Source: Candidatus Atelocyanobacterium thalassa isolate ALOHA
GTDB taxonomy: Bacteria > Cyanobacteriota > Cyanobacteriia > Cyanobacteriales > Microcystaceae
DNA length: 32,000 nucleotides
Direction: 5' to 3'
NCBI RefSeq assembly: GCF_000025125.1
Contig: NC_013771.1
Coordinates: 690,001 to 722,000 of the forward strand
Positions 18,638 through 28,307 of the stretch are shown piece after piece. The translations under genes and the position numbers were made by a program. Each line of letters begins with the position of its first letter. Position 1 is the first letter of the stretch. The notes beneath the pieces were generated by a model. The model saw nothing but the letters and a program-made list of their open reading frames with translations, had not been told where the DNA came from and searched no databases.

Positions 18638-18889
18638 ATGACACAATCTCGTCAAGAACAATATTACACTTTAATTGATGAACTACTTCGTTGCCCTAAT
18701 GGAGAAGAGCCTGACCTTTTACATACAAATAGAGAATTACTAGATAGTAAATTCATTGAGTCACTAGTCCAGGTTTCAACTATGATGGCTCACGAAAATA
18801 ATCCTGATGGAGCTAAGTTCTTGATTCATATTGCAAGACAATTGGCAAAAGAATTAGGGCTATATCCTGAAATTAAAAATGATAAATAG
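18638..18889 (+). CDS. Small conserved cyanobacterial hypothetical protein
   Basis: 83 aa. QEQYYTLIDELLRCPNGEEPDLLHTNRELLD resembles, from memory, an N-terminal module found on many cyanobacterial TPR/CHAT-type proteins and as stand-alone ORFs. SD is weak. Confidence 0.5.
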   Translation: MTQSRQEQYYTLIDELLRCPNGEEPDLLHTNRELLDSKFIESLVQVSTMMAHENNPDGAKFLIHIARQLAKELGLYPEIKNDK

Positions 18890-19600
18890 TTGACTCATTT
18901 TTGATTTTATAGATATGAATTAAGAACCTAGGACTTAATAGTATCAATTTCTCCAACAATTCAAACTTTATTTTTATTACTTTGATCTTAAATTGTTTTA
19001 TGTCTTAGACATATATTCCTTCTGTATATGTTTGAATTTTTTTATTAAACTATGATTAGTAATATTCTAGAGGGAGATCACGGCTTTGGAGTAGTCCAGA
19101 ATAATTCTAGTAGTAGAGATATAGAGAATACCAGTGTATGTGTTGAGGTAATTCTTTTTTAACGTTCTTCTGACAATTTTATGAAGCTTATAGTTCTAGG
19201 CCGAAAACGCTTTTGTGTATTGAAATACATAACAGAAAAACCTTATAAAGTAAGTTTGGTAGGATACTTAAGAGATAAATTAACTGATAAAAGTTTTTAT
19301 AGATTATCTACAAAGTTAATTAACTAGCAAGTAAATTTACTAGATAAATAACCTACAATTTCCTTAGAATTATATTACTTAGTGACTAGTATCCTTTGCG
19401 ATTTGGAAACAGAGCAACAGACATTTTAGATAATTAAGAAACTGAAAATTGTCTGCGAAGGAAATTAGAAATCTTAATAATTACACGTAACCATTTAGTT
19501 ACTAAAGTTACCTTAAAAGATATCCTCTAGTATGAAATTTTTTATTACTAAAAACTCATTGTTAAATAGAATTGGATAATTAAATTTATATATTTTCAAT

Positions 19601-20941
19601 TTAATCTCCAGTAATAGATAAATTATCAACCCATATCTTAGGGCAAATTCCTTTAGGTGTAATCTCTGGTTCAGATTCCACATGAATAATAGAATTTAGT
19701 AATTTTAAAAAGTCACCTGCTATTGTTGCAGAATCAATACTAACAAAATTTCCATTGTTAACTAACCATCCTTCAAAAGGTAAAGAAAAAGAACCTTGTA
19801 AACTATTCACCCCAGCATGAAGAGCTTGTAATTTATCAATAAAAACTACATTTTTCACCATGTTAAGGTTACATTCAAAATTTGCTTGTTGATTAGATAT
19901 GACATGGTAATAATGAGGCCTAATATTTACTTTAGAACCAATATTTGCATGGCCGGTAGGCTTGGTATCTAAACGTTGAGCAGTTCTCTCGCTATGCAGC
20001 AGGCCTGTAAGAATACCATTATTAATTATTTCTACACGACGTGTAGGAGTTCCTTCTTCGTCAAAAGTTTCTATACCAACATTATTACAATTCCTAGCAT
20101 CGTCATATAAAGAAAGAAATGGAACAGAAATTCGTTTCCCTAAAGAATTTATTGTAGAAAGACTTTGCTTATCTAAAATATTCTGAGCGTTAAATAAATT
20201 AGTAAAAGAATTAATTAGACTTAGAAATGCCGTAGGAGAAAATACTACAGTATACTTCCCTGAAGTAATACTCTGATAATTAACATGACTAAGAGTTTTT
20301 TTAATTACTTCTCGTAAACAGCCTTCAATATCTAGAGTTGAAAAATCTCGACTAGTTTTTATAGAACTTGCTCCTCTAGGTTTTTTCCCTTCTTCCTCTG
20401 TACGACTATAAAAATAAATAGCATTATATGAAAGATTTTCTTGGCGTAAAGAATAAGTGCTATTAAGATAAAATCTATTAATATTTTCTTGAGATAGGCC
20501 GTTATAAGGAACACTCTTAATAATAGAGCTTGATTCCAATAAAGTTTTTTCTGCTGCAATTAACGTATCTATCAGTATAGGAATTGGAGTTGGACTAGAT
20601 ATTTTAGTAGATGTGCTTTCAATTACAGTATTAGCTTCTGGACTAAAATCTGGTACATGTTCTTGAGTACCAAAGTAACTAGCATCTTTAGCTGTTTGCA
20701 AAGCTAACTTTATACCAATTTTATCTAAATCAGTAGTAGTAGTAACTCCAATATTTCCACTTTTATTCCAAACTCTAACAGTAATACTTGATCTATTAGA
20801 TGCTTGAAGTTGTTTTGGTTTACCACTATCAACTTCTATACTAGTTTCTTCTATGGCAGCACCATATATATCGTACTTAGTAATGTTAAGTTCTTTTGAA
20901 CTCTTTTGGGCATAATCAGCAACTTGTTCAATATGGAGCAT
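19601..20941 (-). CDS. pmbA: PmbA/TldE-family metalloprotease component (TldD/PmbA superfamily)
   Basis: 446 aa. The length and conserved C-terminal region (FDEEGTPTRRVEIINNGIL, TGHANIG, SGDFSL-like GSFSLPFEGW) fit PmbA/TldD. It has no HExxxH motif, which favours PmbA over TldD. Confidence 0.8.
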   Translation of the reverse strand: MLHIEQVADYAQKSSKELNITKYDIYGAAIEETSIEVDSGKPKQLQASNRSSITVRVWNKSGNIGVTTTTDLDKIGIKLALQTAKDASYFGTQEHVPDFSPEANTVIESTSTKISSPTPIPILIDTLIAAEKTLLESSSIIKSVPYNGLSQENINRFYLNSTYSLRQENLSYNAIYFYSRTEEEGKKPRGASSIKTSRDFSTLDIEGCLREVIKKTLSHVNYQSITSGKYTVVFSPTAFLSLINSFTNLFNAQNILDKQSLSTINSLGKRISVPFLSLYDDARNCNNVGIETFDEEGTPTRRVEIINNGILTGLLHSERTAQRLDTKPTGHANIGSKVNIRPHYYHVISNQQANFECNLNMVKNVVFIDKLQALHAGVNSLQGSFSLPFEGWLVNNGNFVSIDSATIAGDFLKLLNSIIHVESEPEITPKGICPKIWVDNLSITGD

Positions 20942-21424
20942 TACTATTTACTTTATAAAGTATAAAAATATCTTTTAGATAAGTTTTCTATATTAATATT
21001 CTATCTTATTAAATTATGTTCTTAGAATTTTAATTTGTATGAAAAATATAAATTAAAAAATATAATATTACTTGATAAGTATTTTAAAATCTAAGATAAA
21101 GTCTTAAAAACAAGGTGTTAAATAAGATACAAATAAATAATTCAGCTGTAAATTATCTATATTAATAAATTAGAAGTGATATCTAATAAATTAAGAAAAA
21201 AATAAATACCATAATCTAATATTTGTTAATTATCTAATGAAATCTTTAAATTATAAATATTAACAATAAGCTTTTTAATTGTTCTCAAATATTGAAAAAA
21301 ACATTTAACATATAAAAAACTTAGATATTTTTTGTAACTATAATTCTATCAATATGGAAAAATTAAACAAACTTTAGATAGAGATATTGTAAACTAGAAG
21401 GTGAGCTGATATATTCTAAAAATC

Positions 21425-21715
21425 ATGAATCTGTTAAACATAGCATATTGGGCTTTAAGTATACTTTTAGCTATAATGACTTTCTTGTTTATTTTTCGTA
21501 TTGTCTTAACTTGGTACCCTCAAGCAGAAATGAATCGATTTCCTTGGTTTTTAATTGCTTTGCCAACAGAATTTTTATTAGTCCCAATCAGAAGTTGGAT
21601 ATCTCCAATTGGAGGAGTAGATATTAGTCCTATTATATGGGTTGGAATTTGTAGTTTGTTAAGAGAAGTATTAGTTGGGCAACAGGGATTAATATCTATG
21701 GCACTATATAGATAA
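21425..21715 (+). CDS. YggT family membrane protein (Ycf19-like)
   Basis: 96 aa with two transmembrane segments. It has FIFRIVLTWYPQ and the GGVDISPI motif characteristic of YggT/Ycf19. Confidence 0.8.
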   Translation: MNLLNIAYWALSILLAIMTFLFIFRIVLTWYPQAEMNRFPWFLIALPTEFLLVPIRSWISPIGGVDISPIIWVGICSLLREVLVGQQGLISMALYR

Positions 21716-22334
21716 ATACTGATTATCTCTTGAGAAACAATGGAAATTAGTAAATTATCAAATTTTGACAAAAAATTCTAGCATCACTCTTAATTAATAA
21801 GAATAAAAAAACAACATATAGAAACAGATATTTTTTATATACTGTGTCAGTTATTTAAAAGCTTTAGCATGAGTTGTTGCTTTGAAAAGCTATATCACCT
21901 AAATATTTTCTATTTAAATAATTTTTGGGTTTTTGTATGAAATCTTACTTAGTATTAGATGATTGTTTAAGATTTCTCTTGTTCATTTAACAACACAGTA
22001 CAAAAGATTTGTAACAATGTGAGTTAAAGTGTCATTTTTATGACTTAATAAAATGATACCTCCCGCAGATACATAGATAGAAGTGTTGACTGCTTTTAAC
22101 TCAACACCTATGTCCAGTAAAAGAAAAATAACCAAAAACTCTCATTTTTGTTTTTTCCATGATTAATAATTAAAGACTAAGCATTACTTTAGATGTTAAA
22201 TAAGCTAATCAACCTTAATTAAGGATAAATATAAATTTCGAGCTACATCATGCCTGATTGGTAAAAAAGAGTTGGTTACCGTATCATTGCTTGTTACAAT
22301 ATCTTAGACATAAAGAAAATTTGAAAGAAAATAT

Positions 22335-22706
22335 ATGAGTTTGAATATTGTTAACTTAGTTGGTCGTGTCGGGAGAGATCCGGAAGTCAAATACTTTGAA
22401 TCTGGAACAGTATTGTGTACGTTAACATTAGCAGTTAATCGTCGTTCTAGCAAAAGAGATGAAGCAGATTGGTTTAATTTAAAAATTTGGGGTAAAACAG
22501 CGGAAATTGCCGCTAACTATGTTAGAAAAGGAAGCTTAATTGGAGTTCATGGATCATTAGAAATAGAAACCTGGAAAGACCGCAATACAGGTGTTGACCG
22601 CTCTAGTCCGATTATTAAAGTTGATCGTTTAGATTTATTAGGTTCTAAACGCGATAATGAATCAAGCTCAACTGGAAATTATCAAGGAGGAAATGATGAA
22701 TTTTAA
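22335..22706 (+). CDS. ssb: Single-stranded DNA-binding protein
   Basis: 123 aa. The OB-fold N-terminus is MSLNIVNLVGRVGRDPEVKYFESG...DWFNLKIWGKTAE. The tail is Gly/Ser-rich and ends with acidic NDEF. Confidence 0.92.
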   Translation: MSLNIVNLVGRVGRDPEVKYFESGTVLCTLTLAVNRRSSKRDEADWFNLKIWGKTAEIAANYVRKGSLIGVHGSLEIETWKDRNTGVDRSSPIIKVDRLDLLGSKRDNESSSTGNYQGGNDEF

Positions 22707-22807
22707 AAAAATAAAATAGTAACTATATTAAAATAAACTTCAGTTAAAGATGCTTTATCCCAAGCTCTCTTCAGCAAATAAGGCAATTATTTCTTAGGAT
22801 CCATAAC

Positions 22808-22842
22808 TTAAAGTTATAAAAAATGTTTTTTTATAACTTTAA
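22808..22842 (+). terminator. A/T-only perfect hairpin downstream of ssb
   Basis: TTAAAGTTATAAAAAA (22808-22823) is the exact reverse complement of TTTTTTATAACTTTAA (22827-22842), with a 3-nt loop. A third copy of ATAACTT at 22803-22809 allows an alternative fold. Confidence 0.5.
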
Positions 22843-23123
22843 TACTGTTTAATTTATTAGTTTTTTATTTTTATATTTATCATATAAAAATCCTAGCGCG
22901 TATATTTCTCCACTTTATTAAAGAAGTATATATCGTTAACAACACAAATCTTAACTTAAAGAGACTAGAATGCTTATTATGATTAAGATAATACAAGATA
23001 ATTTTTGTAACTTTAATCTTAATTAGATCTTTGAATCAGATTAATGTGATTTGTTACATAATTAGCTTATTTTGTCTTGTGTTCTACGAACTTAGTTTTT
23101 TGTGACAAAAGGAAACAACATCT

Positions 23124-23612
23124 ATGAAACGATTATTGTTCACATTAATTCTTATCACAACTTTGTGGTTTAATTTTACGCCTACTGCTTCAGCTTTTTA
23201 TGATAATTTAACCCCTTGCAGTGATTCTGCTGCTTATCAGCAAAAATCGAAGCATTTTCTAAATACTACTGATGATCCAAAGTCTGGACAAAAACGTGCC
23301 GAACTTTATGCTGAAGCTCTATGTGGTGCAGATGGCTATCCTCATTTAGTAGTAGATGGTAACCTAGCACATGCTGGAGATTTTGCTATTCCTGGCATAA
23401 TGTTTCTTTACATTGCAGGTTGGATTGGTTGGGTTGGTCGTGCCTATTTAATTGCTATTAAAGGTGATACAAGTAAAGAAATTATTATTGATATTCCTCT
23501 AGCTATTGGACAAATGTTAATGGGTTTTGCTTGGCCAGTTTTAGCTTTTTATGAGTTCATTTCTGGAGATCTAGTAGTGAAGGATAGTGAAATCACTACA
23601 TCTCCGCGATAA
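23124..23612 (+). CDS. psaF: Photosystem I reaction centre subunit III (PsaF)
   Basis: 162 aa. It has a signal peptide ending ASA, then [53 protein letters not shown] and the C-terminal [10 protein letters not shown]. Confidence 0.96.
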   Translation: MKRLLFTLILITTLWFNFTPTASAFYDNLTPCSDSAAYQQKSKHFLNTTDDPKSGQKRAELYAEALCGADGYPHLVVDGNLAHAGDFAIPGIMFLYIAGWIGWVGRAYLIAIKGDTSKEIIIDIPLAIGQMLMGFAWPVLAFYEFISGDLVVKDSEITTSPR

Positions 23613-23665
23613 CTAAATTTACCCTAAAAATTTTTACTGCTCATTAAATTATTGGAGAATGATTC

Positions 23666-23794
23666 ATGGAAAATCTGACAAAATTTCTCTCAACTGCCCC
23701 TATTTTAATTATGGTACTGCTAACCTTTACTGCAGGTCTCTTAATTGAATTTAACCGCTTTTTTCCCGATCTTCTTTTTCATCCTTTGGGATAA
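23666..23794 (+). CDS. psaJ: Photosystem I reaction centre subunit IX (PsaJ)
   Basis: Not in the ORF track because it is only 42 aa. The translation is [42 protein letters not shown], which matches the conserved PsaJ core. SD GGAGAA lies upstream. The psaF-psaJ pairing is conserved. Confidence 0.9.
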   Translation: MENLTKFLSTAPILIMVLLTFTAGLLIEFNRFFPDLLFHPLG

Positions 23795-23824
23795 AAGATT
23801 GATTAATTGCAATATACATATATT

Positions 23825-23899
23825 AACCCTAAGGTAGAGATAAAGTAGTTATATAAGAGATTTGCTCAAATATAACTACTTTATCTCTACCTTAGGGTT
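23825..23899. terminator. 30-bp perfect inverted repeat with a 15-nt loop between convergent psaJ and the COG0523 gene (probable bidirectional terminator)
   Basis: AACCCTAAGGTAGAGATAAAGTAGTTATAT (23825-23854) is the exact reverse complement of ATATAACTACTTTATCTCTACCTTAGGGTT (23870-23899). Confidence 0.6.
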
Positions 23900-23950
23900 A
23901 GTATTTTGAAAAACAGATATATGAAGTTAACTTAGATTCTATTCTAAATA

Positions 23951-24910
23951 CTATGATAGACAACTCATAATTTGTTTATATAATTTTCTTTTATCAAGAT
24001 TTTGTCCAATTAAAACTAATTTATTATTAAAATATTTATCAAAGTCTTCATCTTCTATGCTAAAGCGTTTTCCAGTCAAATGAAAAACATGACGTTTTTC
24101 ACTCTCATCAAACCATAAAATACCTTTTGCTCTAAAAACGTTATCAGGTAACTGATTATTGAGGAAATATTGAAACTTTTGAATAGCAAATGGTTTGTTG
24201 CTCTCAAAAGTAAATGAAGTGAATTCATCATTTACTAAATGATGTTGATGATCATGACTTTCATGTTTAGGATATTTATCAGCATTAAATAACTCAGAAT
24301 CAAGAATTAATGGCAATGGAACTTTAGAATTTTTAGTTTTTAAAATCCTAGCAAATTCTTTCATTTTATTAAGACGTTCTTCTAATTGATTCACCTCTTG
24401 TTGGCTAACCAAATCAGTTTTATTAAGTAAAATAATATCTCCATAAGTTATTTGACTATATGCAGCTTGAGAGTTGAATAAATCTAGACAAAAATTAGAG
24501 CAATCTAGCATTGTAATAATAGAATCAACGCGTGTTAGGCTTCTTAAATCAGTATTTAGAAAAGATAATGCAATTGGCAAAGGATCTGCTAAGCCAGTAG
24601 TTTCTATTACTAAGTAGTCAATTTTTTTAGAGTATCCTAAGATTTTATAAACAGCTTCAATTAAATCATTATTAATAGAACAACAAATACAACCGTTGTT
24701 GAGCTCAACAATATTATCTTCACTAGTGACAATCAACTCGTTATCAATTCCAATTTCTCCAAATTCATTAACTAAAACTCCAATATTTTTACTTTCTTGA
24801 TTAAGGAGAATATGGTTTAAAAGTGTAGTTTTACCGCTACCCAAAAAACCGGTAATGATGGTTACAGGAAGAACTTTGTCTTTAACGTTCATAACTTGTA
24901 GATTGCTCAT
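23951..24910 (-). CDS. COG0523-family G3E GTPase (CobW/ZigA/YeiR-like putative zinc metallochaperone)
   Basis: 319 aa. It has the P-loop [15 protein letters not shown], the CxCC metal motif [18 protein letters not shown] and the His-rich insert HESHDHQHH. Confidence 0.9.
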   Translation of the reverse strand: MSNLQVMNVKDKVLPVTIITGFLGSGKTTLLNHILLNQESKNIGVLVNEFGEIGIDNELIVTSEDNIVELNNGCICCSINNDLIEAVYKILGYSKKIDYLVIETTGLADPLPIALSFLNTDLRSLTRVDSIITMLDCSNFCLDLFNSQAAYSQITYGDIILLNKTDLVSQQEVNQLEERLNKMKEFARILKTKNSKVPLPLILDSELFNADKYPKHESHDHQHHLVNDEFTSFTFESNKPFAIQKFQYFLNNQLPDNVFRAKGILWFDESEKRHVFHLTGKRFSIEDEDFDKYFNNKLVLIGQNLDKRKLYKQIMSCLS

Positions 24911-25109
24911 GTTTCAGCTTTAAAATATTTTAAATAATAATTATGGATATTTCTAAATATTAATAAATAGAAAGAGAGCTGTCTATTAATTCTGGAAATA
25001 AAGTATCTCAAATGATAATTTTTTTTAATTTTAAGGTTCTCTGAAAATACTTTTAAAATTTTTTTCATATAAAAAAAGAAGTTACAGCTTTATGCCTAAA
25101 TCATTATTA

Positions 25110-25421
25110 TTAATCTTGATTGGAATCTGGAAAACGTGGATGTATTTGCTCAGCTTCAGGACATTCATCAGATACAGTAATCTCAGAGTTATAGCGTGAG
25201 ACAGATGCAATCTTTTGACTAATTGCCCCAATGCTTTCTAGCCTTACCATTTCTTCCCAAGAACTAATTTCATCATCTTCTTCAGTTTCATATCGAATAA
25301 TGACTAAGTCTCCTTCCAAAGATAGAATGGTCGCTCCATCAATCCAACGTTGCTGATCCCGCAAGAACAGGCAAACTTCTCGACCTTCTGTACAAAGTTG
25401 ATAAATCTTGCGGTGTAGCAT
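25110..25421 (-). CDS. Conserved hypothetical protein
   Basis: The ORF-track start (25445) is a TTG. The ATG at 25421 is preceded by AAGGAGA on the coding strand and gives 103 aa starting MLHRKIYQLCTEG. The tail is acidic. I recognise no family. Confidence 0.55.
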   Translation of the reverse strand: MLHRKIYQLCTEGREVCLFLRDQQRWIDGATILSLEGDLVIIRYETEEDDEISSWEEMVRLESIGAISQKIASVSRYNSEITVSDECPEAEQIHPRFPDSNQD

Positions 25422-25661
25422 AGATGTCTCCTTAACAGGTAACAACCTTAATAAATTTACACTAACATTAAAAATAGTCTACATGCTATATCAAATAAGC
25501 TATTTTTAGAATGGTTAATAATTGTAGTAATCGCTTCGAAAAGACTTTAAGTAGGTTGGCTTTAAAATACCCCTAGGCTAAGAGGATATTATTAATTCTA
25601 ACAGGAGCTAGGCTTAACAATACCTATAGTCAAATATTAATGATGGTATTTGTATAAGTAG

Positions 25662-25892
25662 TTATTCTTCATCCCATGCCTCAACAAGTAAAACCTCACT
25701 TACAGGATCTTGCATTACAAAACCAAAATCTAATAATTCTTTTTTCCAATAAGACCATTCATTGTCATAAAGAAGAGCTAATTTCCATATACTATCACTT
25801 GGCTTAAGAACTTTTGACTCTACCAGCAAAGAAACTTTACGTTGAAACTTCATCATAGGATGAGTGAGTTGCTTTGTCATAAACTCAATCAA
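25662..25892 (-). CDS. Hypothetical small protein
   Basis: 76-aa ORF co-directional with the two downstream genes. An alternative start is Met5 at 25880. I recognise no motif. Confidence 0.35.
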   Translation of the reverse strand: MIEFMTKQLTHPMMKFQRKVSLLVESKVLKPSDSIWKLALLYDNEWSYWKKELLDFGFVMQDPVSEVLLVEAWDEE

Positions 25893-26237
25893 TTTATGTT
25901 TACTAAATTGTACAAATGTTTTCAGATCAACTTCTTTTTTAATATTTCTATATATGATTAGAGCAATATACGTTTATCTAATACTTATATTTAGAGAAGT
26001 ATTCCCATTACATTCTTTTTAACTGATATATTCAGTTTATGCAAGTTTTTTTAATTTATAGTACGGTAATTACTACTTTAGTATATAAAAGTGATTCAGG
26101 TTATGTATTTAATCACAAAAAATAAATTTTAAAGTTATTTTAGATAAACGTCTTAAGTTATTAATTTAAAAAATAATCTTTTTCAAGGTAGTTAAAACAA
26201 GAGTTATTAATTTAATTACTTTTATATTAAGAGTACT

Positions 26238-26984
26238 ATGACATTTACAAAATCAATAGAATGGTTAGCATTAGTAATTGGTAATTCTCATTTGCACTGG
26301 GGATATTTTAAAAATGGATTTTTACATAGTTGCTGGGATACGCATTATTATAATAAGCCTATTAACAATTTAATATTACCCTCTGAAGTCTTACTTGCTA
26401 ATATTCCTAATACTTTGCCACTTATAGTAGCTTCTGTTGTACCAGAGCAAACTGCTATGTGGAGAGAATATTCTAATGTTAATATTATAGAAATAAGTGA
26501 TATTCCAATAAATAACCTTTATTTTAATATGGGAATAGACAGAGCTTTAGCTGTTTTTGGAGCTGGAATAACATATAGCTTTCCTTGCTTGGTAATTGAT
26601 GCAGGAACTGCTTTAACTTTTACGGGAGTAGATCAACACTCTACTTTTATAGGAGGAGCAATCTTACCAGGATTAAAACTACAGTTTGATTCATTATCAA
26701 ATAAAATTCAAACTCTACCTAATGTTGATTTTCCTAAAAGGCTACCATGTCAATGGTCAGGGAATACTATGGAAGCAATTAAGAGTGGAATAATATATAC
26801 AATAGTTAGTGGTATTAAAACATTTATAGACAACTGGCTAATAAGTTATCCGAGGAGTCATATTATTCTGACAGGAGGCGATTCGATTATTTTATATAAT
26901 TATTTTATTGAGACAGATTCAAATAATTTTAGGAAACTAAAAGTAGATAGAAATCTTATATTTTGGGGAATTAAATCTATATAA
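26238..26984 (+). CDS. coaX: Type III pantothenate kinase
   Basis: 248 aa. It has the ASKHA-fold motifs LALVIGNSHLHWG, VIDAGTALTF, GGAILPG and ILTGGD. Confidence 0.85.
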   Translation: MTFTKSIEWLALVIGNSHLHWGYFKNGFLHSCWDTHYYNKPINNLILPSEVLLANIPNTLPLIVASVVPEQTAMWREYSNVNIIEISDIPINNLYFNMGIDRALAVFGAGITYSFPCLVIDAGTALTFTGVDQHSTFIGGAILPGLKLQFDSLSNKIQTLPNVDFPKRLPCQWSGNTMEAIKSGIIYTIVSGIKTFIDNWLISYPRSHIILTGGDSIILYNYFIETDSNNFRKLKVDRNLIFWGIKSI

Positions 26985-27022
26985 CTTTAGTTTTTACAAA
27001 AACTATTAAATAGAATTTTCTA

Positions 27023-28147
27023 CTACTCTAAAGTATTTGGATCTAAAGCATCTCTTAAACCATCTCCGAGTAAGTTAAAAGATAAAACTGTTAAAATAAT
27101 TGCCAAAGCTGGAGGCCAGATTAACCAAGGTTGTAGTACTAAAATTGAGGCATTAGTGGATACTGAAAGTAAATTTCCCCAACTAGCATCGGGTTGTTGA
27201 ATTCCTAGACCTATTAAACTTAAAACTGACTCTGAAACAATAAACTCAGGGATTGTTAATGTGGCAGAAATTATAATATAAGTGATTGTTTGAGGCAAGA
27301 TATGGTAAAAAATAATTCTTTGATTACTTGCCCCCATAGTTTTAGCAGCTTGAACAAATTCTTGATCTTTTAAAGAAAGTACTTGTCCTCTAACAACTCT
27401 AGCAAGCCCTGCCCAACCTATAAAAGATGTTATTAAAATTATTAAAATGAATCGCTTTGTATTACTTAGACTTGGAGGAATTATTGTAGCTAAAGCAACT
27501 AATAGGTAGATTCCTGGAATTGTCATTAGAACTTCTACTAAACGCATTAAAATTGTATCAATCCATCCACCAAAGTACCCAGCAATCCCTCCAATAATTA
27601 CGCCTATAGGAAAAGATATCATAATTCCTATTAAGCCAATAAACAAACTAACTCTTCCCCCAAATAATAATCGACTGAATTGATCTCTTCCTTGTTCATC
27701 AGTTCCTAGTAGGTTTAATTTACCTGCACCAATAGTTCCTATAAGATGAATATCAGTTGGGATTCCAGGAAATATTTCAATTTCTTTAAAAGAAGGAGGT
27801 AAAGGGATATTTAAGTTAAATAATTTATAACTATTCCCTTTTACAAATAAACGGATAGGAGATGGATTATGGAAATTAATACTTAAATTACGTTCTCCCG
27901 TCTCAATATTCGTAGGATTTTGACTAGTTGGATAAACATGAGGTCCAATATATTTACCCTTAAGTGGTCCATCTTGGAGTGTCAAATAAATTGGTGTAGG
28001 AGGTAGTAAAGAACCATTTAGTTGAGATGTATAAGGAGCATATGGAGCAATAAAATCTGCAGCAATAACAACCACATATAAGACAGCTAATACAGTTATT
28101 CCAAAAATTGCTAAATGATTATTTCTAAGTCTTTGCCATAGGTTCAT
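27023..28147 (-). CDS. ABC transporter permease, oligopeptide/dipeptide (OppC/DppC) type
   Basis: 374 aa. An N-terminal anchor helix is followed by a long periplasmic loop and five more transmembrane segments. The EAA-type loop is QEFVQAAKTMGASNQRIIFYHILPQ. No partner ABC genes are adjacent. Confidence 0.85.
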   Translation of the reverse strand: MNLWQRLRNNHLAIFGITVLAVLYVVVIAADFIAPYAPYTSQLNGSLLPPTPIYLTLQDGPLKGKYIGPHVYPTSQNPTNIETGERNLSINFHNPSPIRLFVKGNSYKLFNLNIPLPPSFKEIEIFPGIPTDIHLIGTIGAGKLNLLGTDEQGRDQFSRLLFGGRVSLFIGLIGIMISFPIGVIIGGIAGYFGGWIDTILMRLVEVLMTIPGIYLLVALATIIPPSLSNTKRFILIILITSFIGWAGLARVVRGQVLSLKDQEFVQAAKTMGASNQRIIFYHILPQTITYIIISATLTIPEFIVSESVLSLIGLGIQQPDASWGNLLSVSTNASILVLQPWLIWPPALAIILTVLSFNLLGDGLRDALDPNTLE

Positions 28148-28307
28148 GATGTTAGCTTTATATTTCGTTGATTAAAAGCCAGATAATTCTCAAAAGATTT
28201 GATGAATTTTATAGATATTTAGACTAATTATTATTCAATAAGTATATTGTAATGACATATGGTCAACTTTTTTATTAAAACTTATTTATTAATTTAATAA
28301 TAAATAA

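Noticed and set aside
19052-19162. 36-aa ATG ORF (MISNILEGDHGFGVV...) in the spacer after the nif island
   Set aside because: It is too short, has no SD and no recognisable similarity. It cannot be supported as a gene or as a specific relic.
20359-20559. 66-aa - strand ORF within pmbA in another frame
   Set aside because: It is an out-of-frame overlap with a well-supported 446-aa gene, and its product is low-complexity.
21520-21771. 83-aa - strand ORF overlapping yggT
   Set aside because: It is antisense to the YggT-family gene, which carries recognisable family motifs. It is a shadow ORF.
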